A DNA stretch of 64,000 nucleotides from Glaucostegus cemiculus (lineage: Eukaryota), in the NCBI GenBank assembly GCA_976551045.1, contig CDPCPM010000353.1, forward strand, positions 4,774,001-4,838,000, given 5' to 3'. The notes beneath the pieces were generated by a model. That model saw only the letters and a program-made list of their open reading frames with translations, ran no database searches and was not told where the DNA came from. This document shows, one piece after another, positions 13,586 through 27,060 of the stretch (position 1 is its first letter; each line of letters opens with the position of its first letter). The position numbers and the translations under genes are program-made.

Positions 13586-14683
13586 CTAACAATGATGGTC
13601 AATCAAGGACCCACTGGCCCACCCAACCAGCACCACACAATTGCTATTTATTGTGTATTAAGTATATTTACAATAACTCCAAAGCCAGTAGAAGTAACAC
13701 AAAAGCATATTGGAAAACCCCAGGGGTATCAGGGGATTATAAAATCTGGCGTTTATTGATCTACCCAATGATGTGATCAAAGCTGGTCCAACAAAAAAAA
13801 ATCACAACAGAACTGATAATTCCCTGCAGAATCTAATTTTTGAGAGGGGTGAACTCCAGCCAGGAGTAGATCATGCTCTCACTTCAAGAAATTTAGCAAA
13901 TTCCTGTCCCCTGCAGAACATAGCAGCACAGTCTTCAGCTCCAATTATCTAAATAAAAATCATTTCCAACGAGTACCTAGATTTGATCTTTACATAACTG
14001 CCCCAGGATGATGTGTTTACTTTTCCTCAAATTCCTTTCTCTTCTTTCAGAGACCATCAGCATCAAGCTGATGGTACAAATGAGGAAATTTCCAAGACAT
14101 CAGGAAAACTGCCCTGCATTTCTCCACATAATGCCATGGAATCTCCGCCAGCCTCCCGAACAGGTAAATGGAGACCCATTTTAAATACTTACCTGAAAAG
14201 TGACATTTTGAAAGTTAAACTTCAAGCAAGATAGAACTTTATTCAGGTCTATCTGGACTGCAGTAGCCAGCCCTAAAGTACATTTGATCACAGACCTTCC
14301 AACCTCAACGCAAAATTAGTCAGAGCCAACCTAATCTGAGAGTTAATCTGCGATATTTTCCCTGCAAAGACCAATCGTAGCCACTTCAGTGAACATCAGG
14401 CTCAAAGTATAAAAGCATTTGCACTTCCAGCTTGGGTTCTCCTTAGATTGATGCACATTTTCCTATTTCAACCCATGCTAATTTTCATTGTTTTATCCTA
14501 ACATTGTTTTTTATAAACAAGTCTGTAAAATTACCAATTTTACTCACATTTGCAATATTCTTGCACATAATGCATTCAGCAAACCAATGTAAAGAAAAAT
14601 GCAAGAATGCTCCCTTCAATGTGCTACCATTTTCAGAATTTGTATTTGAAGATTATTGTGTTGCATAAGGTGTAGAAGCATTA

Positions 14684-14977
14684 GTTAAGATCTTTATTAG
14701 TCACATGTACATTGAAACACACAGAGAAATGCACTTTTTGCATAGTGTTCTGGGGGGCAGCTCACAAGTGTCACCACGCTTCCGGCGCCAACATAACATG
14801 CCACGACTTCCTAACCTGTACATCTTTGGAATGTGGGAGAAAACCAGAGCACCTGGAGGAAAGCCACGCAGACACGGGGAGAACGTACAAACTCCTTACA
14901 GACAGCGGCCGGAATTGAACCCAGGTTGCTGGTGCGGTAAAGTGTTCCGCTAACCACTACACTACTGTGCCTGCCCC
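14684..14977 (-). mobile_element. tRNA-derived V-SINE with Rex-like 3' tail
   Basis: A box TAGTGTAGTGG, B box GGTTCAATTCC, V-domain TTCTCCCCGTGTCTGCGTGG.TTTCCTCC, tail GTACATGTGACTAATAAAG. Confidence 0.85.
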
Positions 14978-17900
14978 ATTACATTACAAGGTGATATATT
15001 ACAGTACTAAATTATTTTACCATGCAAACATGCACAAACTTTACATGTTACATAACATGCACCATATCATCAAGGATAACAATCAGAGGCAGGAAAAACT
15101 AATCAATTCCTAGCTCAAAGGTACAGAGGCAAGCCATAGTTGCCAACATCCCATGCAAACCAACCTGTTAATTTTGAGCAGTGGTATGGATTTTTTTGTT
15201 ATTTTGTCAAGGTGATGAACATTCGTGGTAGAGAATAGAATAGCTTTCCCTTCTGGGCCCTTTTCAACATTGAACACTCCTGGGTCAGCTAATGTCCTCT
15301 ATTCTTCCTTTAAATACCCTTTCCTCCATCTATTATTGTACTACTGAACTTTTTCCATTTCCCACACTAATCCTTTGAGGCTTCCATCATGGCAAAGATT
15401 GACATAACTTTCAGACTCCCAGAGCAATTTAAAGCCAATAAAGCAAGCCTGAGGTACTGCAGTAATGCAAGAAACATACGAGTCAATTTTCACATAGCAA
15501 GTCCCACAAACAGCAATTTCATTATGACCAGTCAATCTGTTTCAGCTCCTCTGGTTTCCACAAATTACTGCCAAAACCAACACTTCACTGCAGCCTGTTT
15601 TTCTCACAATCAAAACAAGAATTAGACCACGATTACGCTATTATGTTCAGCTCCAGAGCCTTCATAAACATCATTCATGTCACCGACCTGGGATGTATTT
15701 GTACCCAGCACAAGGGCAGCCTGCTAACCCACATGCACTTTTCACATTTCACAATGCCATAAACAGAAAGCTGATTATTTAAACAGAACCACTAGAACCC
15801 ATGGCAACCCAAAACCAATTTCTGTACAAACCTCAAATTCTGCAGCACATATTCCATCTGGTGACATCATAATCTCAACATTGATATTACTGCTAATACT
15901 TGACTATCTTCACATCAAAATGTCCAACCTTGATTCTTATGTGTATACTTATAGTGGATACTACAAAAATTTGTGACTATCACGACTGCAAGATAGAATG
16001 ACACATGTTTACATACAACTTCCTTATAAAATGTTCATAATTTATAATGTAAATATTGCATAAAAGTCAATACAAAATAAATTTAAAAATCAACACAAGT
16101 TGTTTTTGCATCCTGGTAAGATTATTTTACCCTTTTAGTCCTTAACCCTAACCTCATTTATAATGCAAAGTAAAAGACTAGAAATTATTTTAATGTACTA
16201 ACATTAACCTAAACTGATGGTTCAACTTATGACTTCCAGCAACTGCCACCACTGCATTAGCATGGTAATACTACTAGATCGTAGATGTCCACTCATTATA
16301 TTAATTACGTCAACCTTTCTTATTCATATTGACTTATAGTTCACCAGTCTCCACACATTGACATATTTTATCAAATAAAATGAAATCAAATTCCTGCAAA
16401 ACCAAATCATGGGGTTCCAAGTCAGTAAAGAGTGTGCACAGGGAACATGGAACTCCACGTGAATGAATGGAAATTTGGTATCTTGGCACTCAATATTCAT
16501 AACAATTAGTATCCCCTTGGATTTGTTCAAAAAACTTATCATCACTCCACTATCTGTACGGCAGTCATATTCCACCCAACTTTTACTTACAACATTTATT
16601 TTCCCTGTGTTATCACAGAGTCAATGTCCAAGATTTCCATATATATCACCATGAAGGTGCACCATTGACATGACAAAAGTGCTCCAAGCAAACAGTCTAC
16701 AATAATCTTCCAAAGTTAACTCACGAAGACAGTAAAATACAGATTTGTCAACAACATTTATTTGAAAACTTAAATGGGAATTAGAACAAGTAAAAAGCCT
16801 CTGGAGCCTGTTCTGTCATACATTATTGTAACAAGCTTGTTCCAACAGAAACAGATCTCTTTAGCTTGATTAATTTTAAAGCAGGCACTTTCTAAGTGGA
16901 GTATAGTATTAATCTGTTCGTAAGCTAATCAAAATCAAGTTCTCTCTTATGAGTACAGATCATTTGAAATGTTAAAACTTGCAATACTTTCCAGTTAGGT
17001 CCAGAAAGAGAACCTCAAGGAAAATACAAAAGATGCCAACAATTTCAAGCTACTGAAAAAATACATCTTTTTCACAGAACAATTGCAAAGGAACAACTTA
17101 CACTTCCAAATAAAAAACATTCTTATACTATCGGACCTCAGTGAATTATCTATTTGCCTAGCCATTCATACAAAGGAATAGAAACTGTGTGAGCCATGTA
17201 ACATACATTTCTGCAAGATCACGAGGAATTGCTAAAATGCCGCAATCAAGTCAATATAATTTATGTGACACTTTGTTTTTGTGTTTAATAGCACCATGTC
17301 TAACTTCTCAAAGTTGTCTACAATTTTCCAAATAAATCTGTAAGCACGAGTCTGTATAGAATGGTCTAATGTGCTCATTTTTTTGCCTTCCGAGGCAGTA
17401 GGAAACCAGGATGACGTCTCATGTTCCCCAATAAGTGATTTATAATTTAATATTCATTGACAAGATTTGCATAAAATCAACTGGAAAAAGTTCAAGATCA
17501 AAGAGTCTGGAGCCGGTTTAGAGGAATGCAACCTGCTGTTCCAGTGATTGCAAGAAAATAATGTGACAAGGAAGTGCAAAGTGCAATTTCTCAACATGCA
17601 ATGGATCCAGCTAATCAGCTTAGACCCACTCCTCCCCAGCCACAAATAGCGGACAACTCTATACGTATGCTAAAATGTGACTAGTAATCTTACTGGGTCA
17701 CAACCTTCTTAGAAGAAAAAAGCAAGCTCAACTTCTTTGATAATAAATTTTACTCAAACACATTAATTCACCGATGTTGGACTTGGCTCCTCCAGCTCTG
17801 GCCCTCGAATAATCAATTTTCACTGTTCCATCAATAGTGACCCTGTTTTTAAGGCTCCAAATCTCCCTCCCTGAAGCTAACTTCCTTTAAAACACTCCTT

Positions 17901-18372
17901 AAAACCTAACTTCTGATCAAAATTTTGGTCAACTATCCAATATCTCAAATAGTTCAGCAGCAAATATTGAAATTTGTTTGACTCTCTCCTTCAGACCTTC
18001 CCAATATTAAAAATGCTCTATACATACAGAGCGCTTTGTTTAAAAGCACAAACTTCAACACCAGACAGCATGCTGTAGAAGACTTTTCAGGCTTTAGTTT
18101 CCATTCACTTACACATGCCTCCAGTTGCACTCAGATCTTTATAATTTATGATTTATCCACCAATGAAGCACCTGTGCTAAAAATTGCCACTTTACCAACC
18201 CCCAGTCCCACAAGAGTCAACCCAAACAAATTAGCCAATAACAAGGCGTAAAGTTAACTGTGGTCCCCTGGGATCTGAGGAGCAGACTGTTTTGCACCCA
18301 TACAATGAGGATTAGACACCACCCTCTTTTTTCAAACAGCAGCCAATCTGACGTAAGACAGCATTATCTTAC

Positions 18373-18480
18373 CTGCTCTGAAATATGATTAAAGTACCAT
18401 CTTAATTAAGAAGCTTCAAACATTGCAACAAAGCACTCATGACTCCCACACGACCCATTAGTTCGTATCTTCCCCTTCAA
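18373..18480 (-). ncRNA. Candidate internal non-coding exon (108 nt)
   Basis: Acceptor TTAACTTTCCCTTCCTCCATAG and donor CAG|GTAAGA; stop codons in all three frames; non-repetitive sequence. Confidence 0.45.
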
Positions 18481-18829
18481 CTATGGAGGAAGGGAAAGTT
18501 AACTCAGTAAACTTGTTCTCATCGAAAACGCTGCTGAAAGCTATTAGTCATAACTGTAGATCAATCGAACCATAACCGTAAGGTGGAAGTGGCTGATGGA
18601 GCAGCCTAAACGTGGAAGAGCAGGCAACATACCGGGGTAGAGAAGCCCCGCAAACAATGAAAGAGCACAGAAGTGGGAATGGTGTTATGCTTGCTTGCTG
18701 TTTTATTTCCTCTTTAAAGTTTACAATAACGAATGTACCAACCATGAATGTCAATGTTTTGTTATTTTTGCACTTTCTTCCTTTCTATACATTATGAACG
18801 AAGTTTATTTTTGAAATTAAAATAATTTA

Positions 18830-18990
18830 AAAATCCTCAATGTCCAGTAGCAGAAGGACCTGAGACTGTGGTCTCTCTCCACATAGCTTTGCATTGGCTG
18901 CACCAAGCTTCAGTGCATCCCTCAGCCATGCGCACACAGCCTGGAATGTGCCAGTCCAGCAGCATTCCCTTACTGCAGGGAAGCCTCTCA
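18830..18990 (-). mobile_element. Tx1/L1-type ORF2 C-terminal fragment; flanking Tx1-like tails on + at ~18690-18825 and ~19020-19155
   Basis: ORF 18827-19036 contains ECCWTG...WLRDALKLGAANAKL, homologous to 44270-44320; tails end AAGTTTATTTTTGAAATT and ATAAACTTTATTTTGA. Confidence 0.65.
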
Positions 18991-21900
18991 AACAATGAAA
19001 GGGGGCCAAACGAGTGGCAATGGTGTTATTTAACATTGTGTTTTATTTACCACTACTGAATGTATTGACCAAATGACACTAAGTAAGTAAAGAGTTTGGC
19101 ACTGTTTATTTTTTGTAACTATATTTTATTATAAATAAACTTTATTTTGATAAATATCACATTAAAAACCCTCAAATAGTACAGTTATTTTTTCAAATTA
19201 AAACAATGGGTCACCTGGGAATCCCTAGTGTCTGGTGTTGCAGCAGGTCATGCAGACTTGGATTCCTCAGGTGTTGAAGGAGTGAATGAGTGAGTGAGTC
19301 ACAATTACATACAGGGAATCAGACCTCATGTTTATCCGCCAGCTCCCACAGAAAAGTTGCACACTGGAGGCAAGGTCAGGATCAGCTTCCACTGCCTCTG
19401 CACCTTGGTACAGGGTAGCTTAACCACAGAATTTAACAGCACAGGAAGCAGCTACTAAGTTTGCATTTCCTGGATCAGCTCTGAAAGATCTATCCATTTA
19501 GTCCGACTCTCCCACTCTTTCCTTGTAGCCTTACAAATTCATTGCTTTTCCATTCATCCCAACTGGTTTAAACATTATTATTGAATCTTCTTCCATTACT
19601 TGTTGAGGTAATGCATTTCAAATCATGACTATGTAAAAATACATCTTGTTTTTACTCTGGCCCTTTAACTATTTACCTTACTGTTTGTCTTCTGGTTATC
19701 TCCTACCCCATGGGAAAAATTGCACCATAATTATCAAACCCCCTGAAAATATTAAACACCTCTGTTATATCTCAAGTGAATCCTGTTTACTCTAAGGAGG
19801 CTGATAAGTACTGCTTGTTTCTCCACATTACCCAAGCTCCTCATCCTTGTAAATCACAATACCTTATCGGCTCAAGTCAGCTCCATGTTAGTTAATTCAC
19901 AAGATCCTATCAGGCCACTCCAAATCATGGAATCACAGGCTCCGAGAAGCCACGGCAACAGATTTTTCCGAGTTGAGAGAAAAGCTCATCGCTGTTACTA
20001 CATTTATTTTCCTCAGTATCACTCAAAAATATTACCTCCCGTGAGATGCTCTGAGACCTAAGGGAGAACCATATTCAGGTAAAGGGCATGTTACAGTGAA
20101 GTCCTGTTTGCTTTGTGATTAATCTGGGAACTATAAACATCACAGCGAGATGGAGGACAGAGCTTCCACTTGCCAAGTTCACGTTTGAAATTTCTTGACC
20201 TAGAAAACTTTTCCCCAGCTCTGCACTACTGATGGAAAGAGCTCACGTACATGAGACTAAAGTCTTTAGACTTCTCTTGTCCTCCATGCAAAGACCTTGG
20301 AAGTCAATTTCTCCAACACACACTCCCAAAGCTAGCCCCCTACAATCATTGAGCATGAAAGAATACTGTTCTCAGCACAGCTTTATTCCTTTTAAGGAAA
20401 ATTTAAGAACAAGCCTTCCTTACATATTATTTAAAATGACCTATTCATTTAAGAATACATTATTATAGACTATTGAGTTAATTGGTTCAAGGACATGAGC
20501 TAATCAACTGCGGTATCATAGCTGATCCAGATCTTGAAAATTGTTCACAAACATATGTTCAAGCCCATGTTTCTATTTATTGAAGAGACTAGTAGTAGCC
20601 TTAGTGCCAGAAAACATAAAAGAAACTGACATAACAGAGACCTGGAGAAATATACCTGGAACCATTCAGAAGGTGTGATATTATACCAGAGGTCACCTGT
20701 GCATACGGGACCATTGCAGAAGGCTGCATATGTTGCCAAAAAGGACAGGTCTAAAATGTTACAGTTTTAAAAGTGAAAAGGTCTTTCAATTCTCACCTTC
20801 TGCCTCAGCAATTATCACATCCAAAGGTGATGAGAGTAATTAGATCAGGTGCTCTCAGAAAGTGGTCACCAACAGGTTCATAAACCGGATGACGAGCTGG
20901 GCCTCTCCAGAACAGCAGCCAGCACCAGGGCCTCACTCACCACATCTTTAGTGCCCAAGTTTGAGCCCATTCAAAACTCTGCCCGAATCCTAACTCTCAC
21001 TGTTTTGTTCACTCATAACCTCGAGTCACCGGTCTACACTGTCCAGCAATTCTCAATTTTATATTTTACTCATCTTGTAAAACCCTCAAGTCCTTGACCT
21101 TTCTTATTAATGTAAATTCCTCCACACCGCTGGGCACCTTTAATTCAAGCGTTGTGCACGTCCCCAATTTCAATCGCTCCACAACGTGAACCTAGGTCTT
21201 CAGCTGCCTCAGTCCCAAACTCTGAAGCCAAACCGCTCCACCAAGCAGTGTTCAATCGTGAACTCCAGTGCTGTCTTTGTGGAGTTTGCACACTTTCCCT
21301 GGGTCTCCTGCAGGTGTTCTGGTTTCCTCCCACACGCCAAAGACATGCTGATGTATCTGGCTACTGTAAATTGCCAATGCTGTTGTTGGGGGGCAGAAAA
21401 ATCAGGGGAGTTGACGGGCACGGGAGAGTGAACAGAGTTGCAGGATAAAAAGGGGGAATGAAAATGATGGGAATGCTTCAGGAACCACTATAGACTCGTG
21501 GTGCAGAATGGCTTCACTCCATGTTGTAAAAAATTGAATTAAAAAAGCCCCTTCATAACTCCAATTTTGTAAAATCACTTTAAGCTACTCCTTTAAACTT
21601 CTAGCTTTCTGTCCTAATAAATCCTTGTGCCTTGGCAGCAAATGTTGTTTGACAATGCTTTTGAGAAAAGCACTGCAGCACTTTGCAGCATTAAAAGCAC
21701 TGGTATATACAGAGCTATTATAAAAGTATGGCACCACAAATGGAATTATTTAATAACACTGACAAGCCAAGCTGCTCTCCATTAACTGGTGCATTAATTG
21801 ATGTGGGAAAGAACCACATGCTATTCTTCAAGATGGTCTCAGATTTAGTCCCAGGCTCTAGGCGGAATTGAATGATCCTATGGCATTTATCTTGGGAAAA

Positions 21901-22549
21901 GGAGTAATTAGTTAATACTGATAACTGGCAGAATGCTTTGCTGGGAAGTGCATGTATAATGAGTTCAGGGGTGGAAAGATTCAAGATTGGTGTTGATACT
22001 CATGCCCATTTTTAATTTACTTATGTGTTTGAACATTGGCGAGGCCATCTATCCCTTGCTGCCCTTGAACTGAAGGCAGTTGAGTGAACCAAACTGCTGA
22101 GTGTCTAAAGTCACACAGTGGCCAGACTGGAGAAGGATGACACTGATGGACATTAACAAATCACATGTTTTTTTTTAATGATAATCCAGTCTGAAGCTGT
22201 CAGGATAGGATTTAAACTTTGTCAAACTTTTCAATTACACGATTACCATTGAGAAGTATTCCATGTTTCTCAGTGGTAATCATTAATTTAACCATTATGT
22301 CATCATGTCCCTACCTATAGTAGAACAAAGAATTAAACCCTTAGAACACTGAAGAACATTCAGCTCATCATGCCAGGTCACACTGCAACTACACCCACAT
22401 GTTTGCTCTTTACACAATGCTATAACACAGTGCCTTCCCTTTTAGATCCACCTTCTTTTCAAAGGTTGCTGCTGAATCTGCCCCATCCAGGCAGGGGATT
22501 CCAGACCAGAAACTTGTGCACAAAATAAATCCTCCTTTCAGTTTTGAAT

Positions 22550-22830
22550 AATTGCACCTTTCACAACTTCAGGATGCTCCAAAGCACTCCATGGTCAAGG
22601 TAGTATTGTCACTACTGTAATGTTTGACACCCATCTAACAATTCAAGCAAAGCCAATTTGCACACACACAGCAGAGTAAAACTGGTGACATAATTTGTTC
22701 TTGTAAAGTTGGCTGAAGGATAAATATTTTTAGAACACCAATGAGATTTCCCCTACGTGTCTTCTAAGCAGTTCTGTGGAATATTTCATATCCAGTTGCG
22801 AAGAAAGATACAGTCTTGTTTTCAGGTTGA
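22550..22830 (-). mobile_element. Ancient DeuSINE/SacSINE1-like remnant
   Basis: GCACCTTTCACAACTTCAGGATGCTCCAAAGCACT...GCCAATTTGCACAC; related pieces at ~1928-2180, ~9695-9800, ~15395-15540. Family name from memory. Confidence 0.45.
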
Positions 22831-23746
22831 AGACCCTTCACCTGCTCCACTAATCAGCATGGTTCAGGCACTCACATAGAGAACATCTTTCTGAATAGAA
22901 CCTATTTAAACTATGGTCCCCATTGATCACATAAACAAAATAAATGCTTGAGTCCTTGGGATTCCCATCTTTCACTCTCAGATCAGCTCGTTACCAATGT
23001 ATCAAATAGCAAAACATAAAACACAAAGCCAAGAAGAAAATCTGGTCAGTTATCTTTCGATTTTCAATCCAAAGCACAACCATCTGAAAACAATAGATTC
23101 TCTTCTAAACATTCAATTGGGTTCAAAGCTGCATGATATGAAAGGGTTCATCATTGTGTAGCTGGGTCCAATGCTGTAACACTGACAGTCAGAACACAGG
23201 GGTACACTGCTGAATATGCAATAAAATATCTGCTGGTTAGAGATCAGAACATCACCTGGCCTGGTATTTCACAGTCAGAATTTTGTTTTGAAAATTAACA
23301 TAGGTCTTAAATGCAATGCAGTTTGGTTCAGTATTTTCACAATTAACTACTTAAAACTAATTATTGCTAATTAGTCAAAATTTACACTGACCCTTGAACA
23401 GTAAACAATCAGTACATTGGTGTCACCAGCAAACATGAGACAAGACTGAGGGTGCAGAGCTCCTACCAGCGTACCTCTTCATACAAGATGAATTCATTTC
23501 CTAGGTTCCTGAAGCCAGTTCAGATGTACAACCCATTCTGATATCAGCAAACTGATACTTGAGAATGCTGTTGCAAACATCACATTTTTACTGCATTTAA
23601 GGTCTTCTGACCCATGATTATCACATCATCTCTATAAAAAGGCAGTTAAATTAGTCCCATTCTGCAACTCTTTCACCATAACACAGCAATTTCCTTTACA
23701 AGAAAAAAACCAACAACCTTTTACAAAATGCTACTAAATCTACCAC

Positions 23747-23981
23747 TGTAGCGACTCACGATGTCGGGTTCTGAAACGCCGTCGGCCATCGCGGGGAAAC
23801 GCGCGAGTCCCCACGATAGTGCCGGAAGGTGGGACTTCCGGCGGGAGTATGACGTCACTTCCGCCGGCCATGTTTTTTGTAGTTCGGGATATGCGCGGCT
23901 TTTGGTAAGTTATTAAAAACGTGTTCGATCGAGTCTCCGTGTCCTCGTGTTCTTTTACGTTGCACCCTGCTGGCTGCTACA
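23747..23981 (+). mobile_element. Solo LTR (235 bp), probably Gypsy-type, young
   Basis: Termini TGTAGC...GCTACA (6-bp inverted repeat, TG..CA); 4-bp target-site duplication CCAC (23743-23746 / 23982-23985); ATTAAA signal; unusually CpG-rich versus flanks. Confidence 0.85.
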
Positions 23982-25149
23982 CCACCATCTTTACAAGTTA
24001 TGAATTTCAGATTAGAGCAATTCTATGCATAAAAGACATCTCCGCTCATTTCTGCTTTATTTTGCTGATATTTTGAACGATTTCACAAGCTGCCAGTTTT
24101 GTCATGCTGTGAAGCAGATACTGCTAATGATAACTGCATTTGATTCATAAACAGATCATTCCTGAGAGGCACTGACTGGATTTTTATTGCCCAACTTATG
24201 TTCAATTCAAGGAGAAACATTACTATAAAAAGAAATTAAAGAAGCAATGGGAATATGTTATAATTGGATTCTTAATCAGGCCTGACAACACTTAGTGCGT
24301 TAAGTTTCCAACAAACAACCTACTGTTGTCCAGGCCAAGCTGTTTACATGATACTTTTGAATCTTTATACACAGAAAAATGACCTAGATTAAAATCTTGG
24401 TCTTCACTAAAAATGTGCTCCACTGAATTCAGGTGAATTTAACCCTTTTCCTTCAGCAGCTCAATCTGATCTGTCAGAATTTTTTAAATGATGTTAATCA
24501 CAAAGCAAAAATGCACAATACATGCACTTTTATAAGATGTAGCAACTGTAATATACGGTAGTACATCACTGGTTCTCAAGCTGCCTGGTCCACAGTTTTC
24601 ACTGCAACAGACCAGGAAATACTTCCTGTTTTCCCTTGTTTATCATCTTGCCTTCAGGACCCACATTCCATATCAAACTGCCTCTGTGCTCCAGAGCCAA
24701 ATCTCCACTTAAACCATCGTGCACGTCTCCAGCTAGCTTGCTCTTCTAAAATAAACACACGTATTCCATCTCTAGCTGACAAGATTCTGGGTCTTGCAGT
24801 TGTCTTCTGAATGGCCTCGAATGCCTAAACACCCACGGCTGGCCCTGATCAATCCTCCTTGTCAATAAAAGCTCACCTTCATTGCTAGTTCCAGTCATCA
24901 GTCCAGCTGTGAAATTCCCAGGGCAATATAGTCAAGATTTTGTGATCAAAATAAGAATTCTCTCTGACCCACTTAAGTACATTACTTTCATAGCAAGGTA
25001 CTACATTTTAATACCAGGTAGAGCAACTATTTATAAGCCAATTCCTATTCCCCCCACCCGCCAATAACAAGATATCAGATATCAAACAGGATAGTTTCTC
25101 ACTGCCCAATCAGAACAATAATTGTCACAGCCGTCCCTTAGGATTACAC

Positions 25150-27060
25150 AGAACAGAGTTACACAGGCATAGGAACAGGATATTAAACCCAACCAATCCG
25201 TGATGGAATTTATGCTCTACTCAAGCCACCTACCATTTTCCGCTCCCCTTAACATCTCAGTATATCGCTCTTTTTCATGTTTATCCAACCTCCCCTTAAA
25301 TGGATCTATGTTACTGGCTCTAACCAGAAATTTTGGTTATGAGTTCCACATTCTCCACACTCTTTGGGTACAGAGTTTCTTATGAATTTTATTATTGTTT
25401 TAATTGACTATCTTACATTGATGGGCTCTAATTATACACTTTCAAACAGTGGAAGCATTCTCTCCAAATCCATTCTGTCAAAACCTTTCATAATTTACAA
25501 AGCCCTCAGCTGCTTTCTCTTCAAGAGAGAAGGGACCCAGTCTGTCTGTCCCTTCCTGTTCACCTCTATGGCCTTTTTAAATCAGTGGTGCAGCTTTCAG
25601 AGGCTGATGTATTTGGTCTCCAAGATCTCTGCATTTCTCTAGCCCCATTTAGACTCCAATTTATGTGACCTCCCTATTTTTCCTAACAAACTAGATTACC
25701 TCGCACTTGCCTGTACTGAATTTTATTTGTCAATGATTTGCCCATGATCTAAACTTATTTATGTCCTCCTGTAATGTATTGCAGTCCTCCTCAGAAATGA
25801 CCATCACCAAACACTCCCCACCATCCCCAAAGTTGGAATCAGTGCAAATTTAGAAATATGATTTTTGATGACAGCAGAGGTCTCAGCGTGGATCCTTATG
25901 GAACAATGCCTTCTTCAAAACTCAATAGCTAATCATTACTCTCACTCACTGCTTTCTGTCCCAAAGCAACCCACTCTGTTACTCATTCCCTGACTCCACA
26001 TTCTCTGCCCTAATTCACAAGCTTATTGTAGGGTAACATTGACAATGCAGATAAATTGTATCTACTGCACTATTACTGCCTACTACTCAAACAATTCAAT
26101 AAGGTTGGTCAAGTAAGATCTTTCCTTTTCAAATCTGTGCTGATTATTCGTTGTTAGACTATTTCTAAACATTGTTTATTCTCTGCTTCATTAGGCATTC
26201 CAGTATTTTTCCTTCCACCAGTTCTAAACTGATTGGTTTATAATTCTCTCGTCACAGTCTACTCTCCCCTTCTTTAATACAGGTGTTCCATTTATATCCA
26301 TTAGGCCTTGGACACACCATTTTCTAATATATTATTAAATGTGCATGGAAATTCCCCTCTATTCCCTAGATTCATTTAAAATGTGTAGATTTATTAGAAT
26401 TTCATCTTCCAGTTGGTTTGATTTATTTAAAGTAACACTTTCATATTTTAAATTATGTATTTCATTACTCACCACCTCACCCAATGCCATAACCACCTGT
26501 TTTATTTGTCCAGTGAATGGAAGCAAAATAATTTAATATTTTTCCCCATCTCCCTATCAATACCTGTGATATTGTGCCACCTAAGCCTTAATGGTTCAAT
26601 TCCCATCCAAGCCTCTTTTTACTTATGTATCTGTAAAATATTTCACTATTTCGGTTCAAGTTCCTTGATAATTTAATTTCACAGTTGCTCTTTGCTTTCC
26701 TAATTGTTTTCTTGATTTGTCTCTTCACGTTCTCTTACCATGCATCATCTGCTCTCAATTAATTCCATGTCATCTTTTTCCTCAGCCTTAAAGTTCCCTT
26801 GCATCTTTATTCATCCATGAAATCTGAATATTTACTTTCTTTCCTTTCAGTGGAACACATTTTTCCTGCATGCTGTTCATCACCATTGTAATTGTTTATC
26901 ATTGTTTCTCTATATCCTTGTTTGCTAACACTGTTATCCATTTTTATCTTTCCAATTTCTATTCTTAGCCTCTCATAACATGGCTTTTATTATATTCACG
27001 TCCCCCTCTATTGTCATAAAGCATATTATATTTTAGTCAGTTTTATCAGGGATGTGCCCC
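25150..27060 (-). mobile_element. Old, heavily decayed CR1-like LINE
   Basis: Reverse-complement CR1 hallmarks (GAGTTCCACATTCTCCACACTCTTTGGGTA, CCTCGCACTTGCCTGTACTGAATTT, GATCCTTATGGAAC); no intact ORF. Confidence 0.6.

Noticed and set aside
23747-23981. CpG-rich patch as a host CpG-island promoter
   Set aside because: Sharp TG..CA boundaries and a 4-bp TSD indicate an LTR insertion instead.
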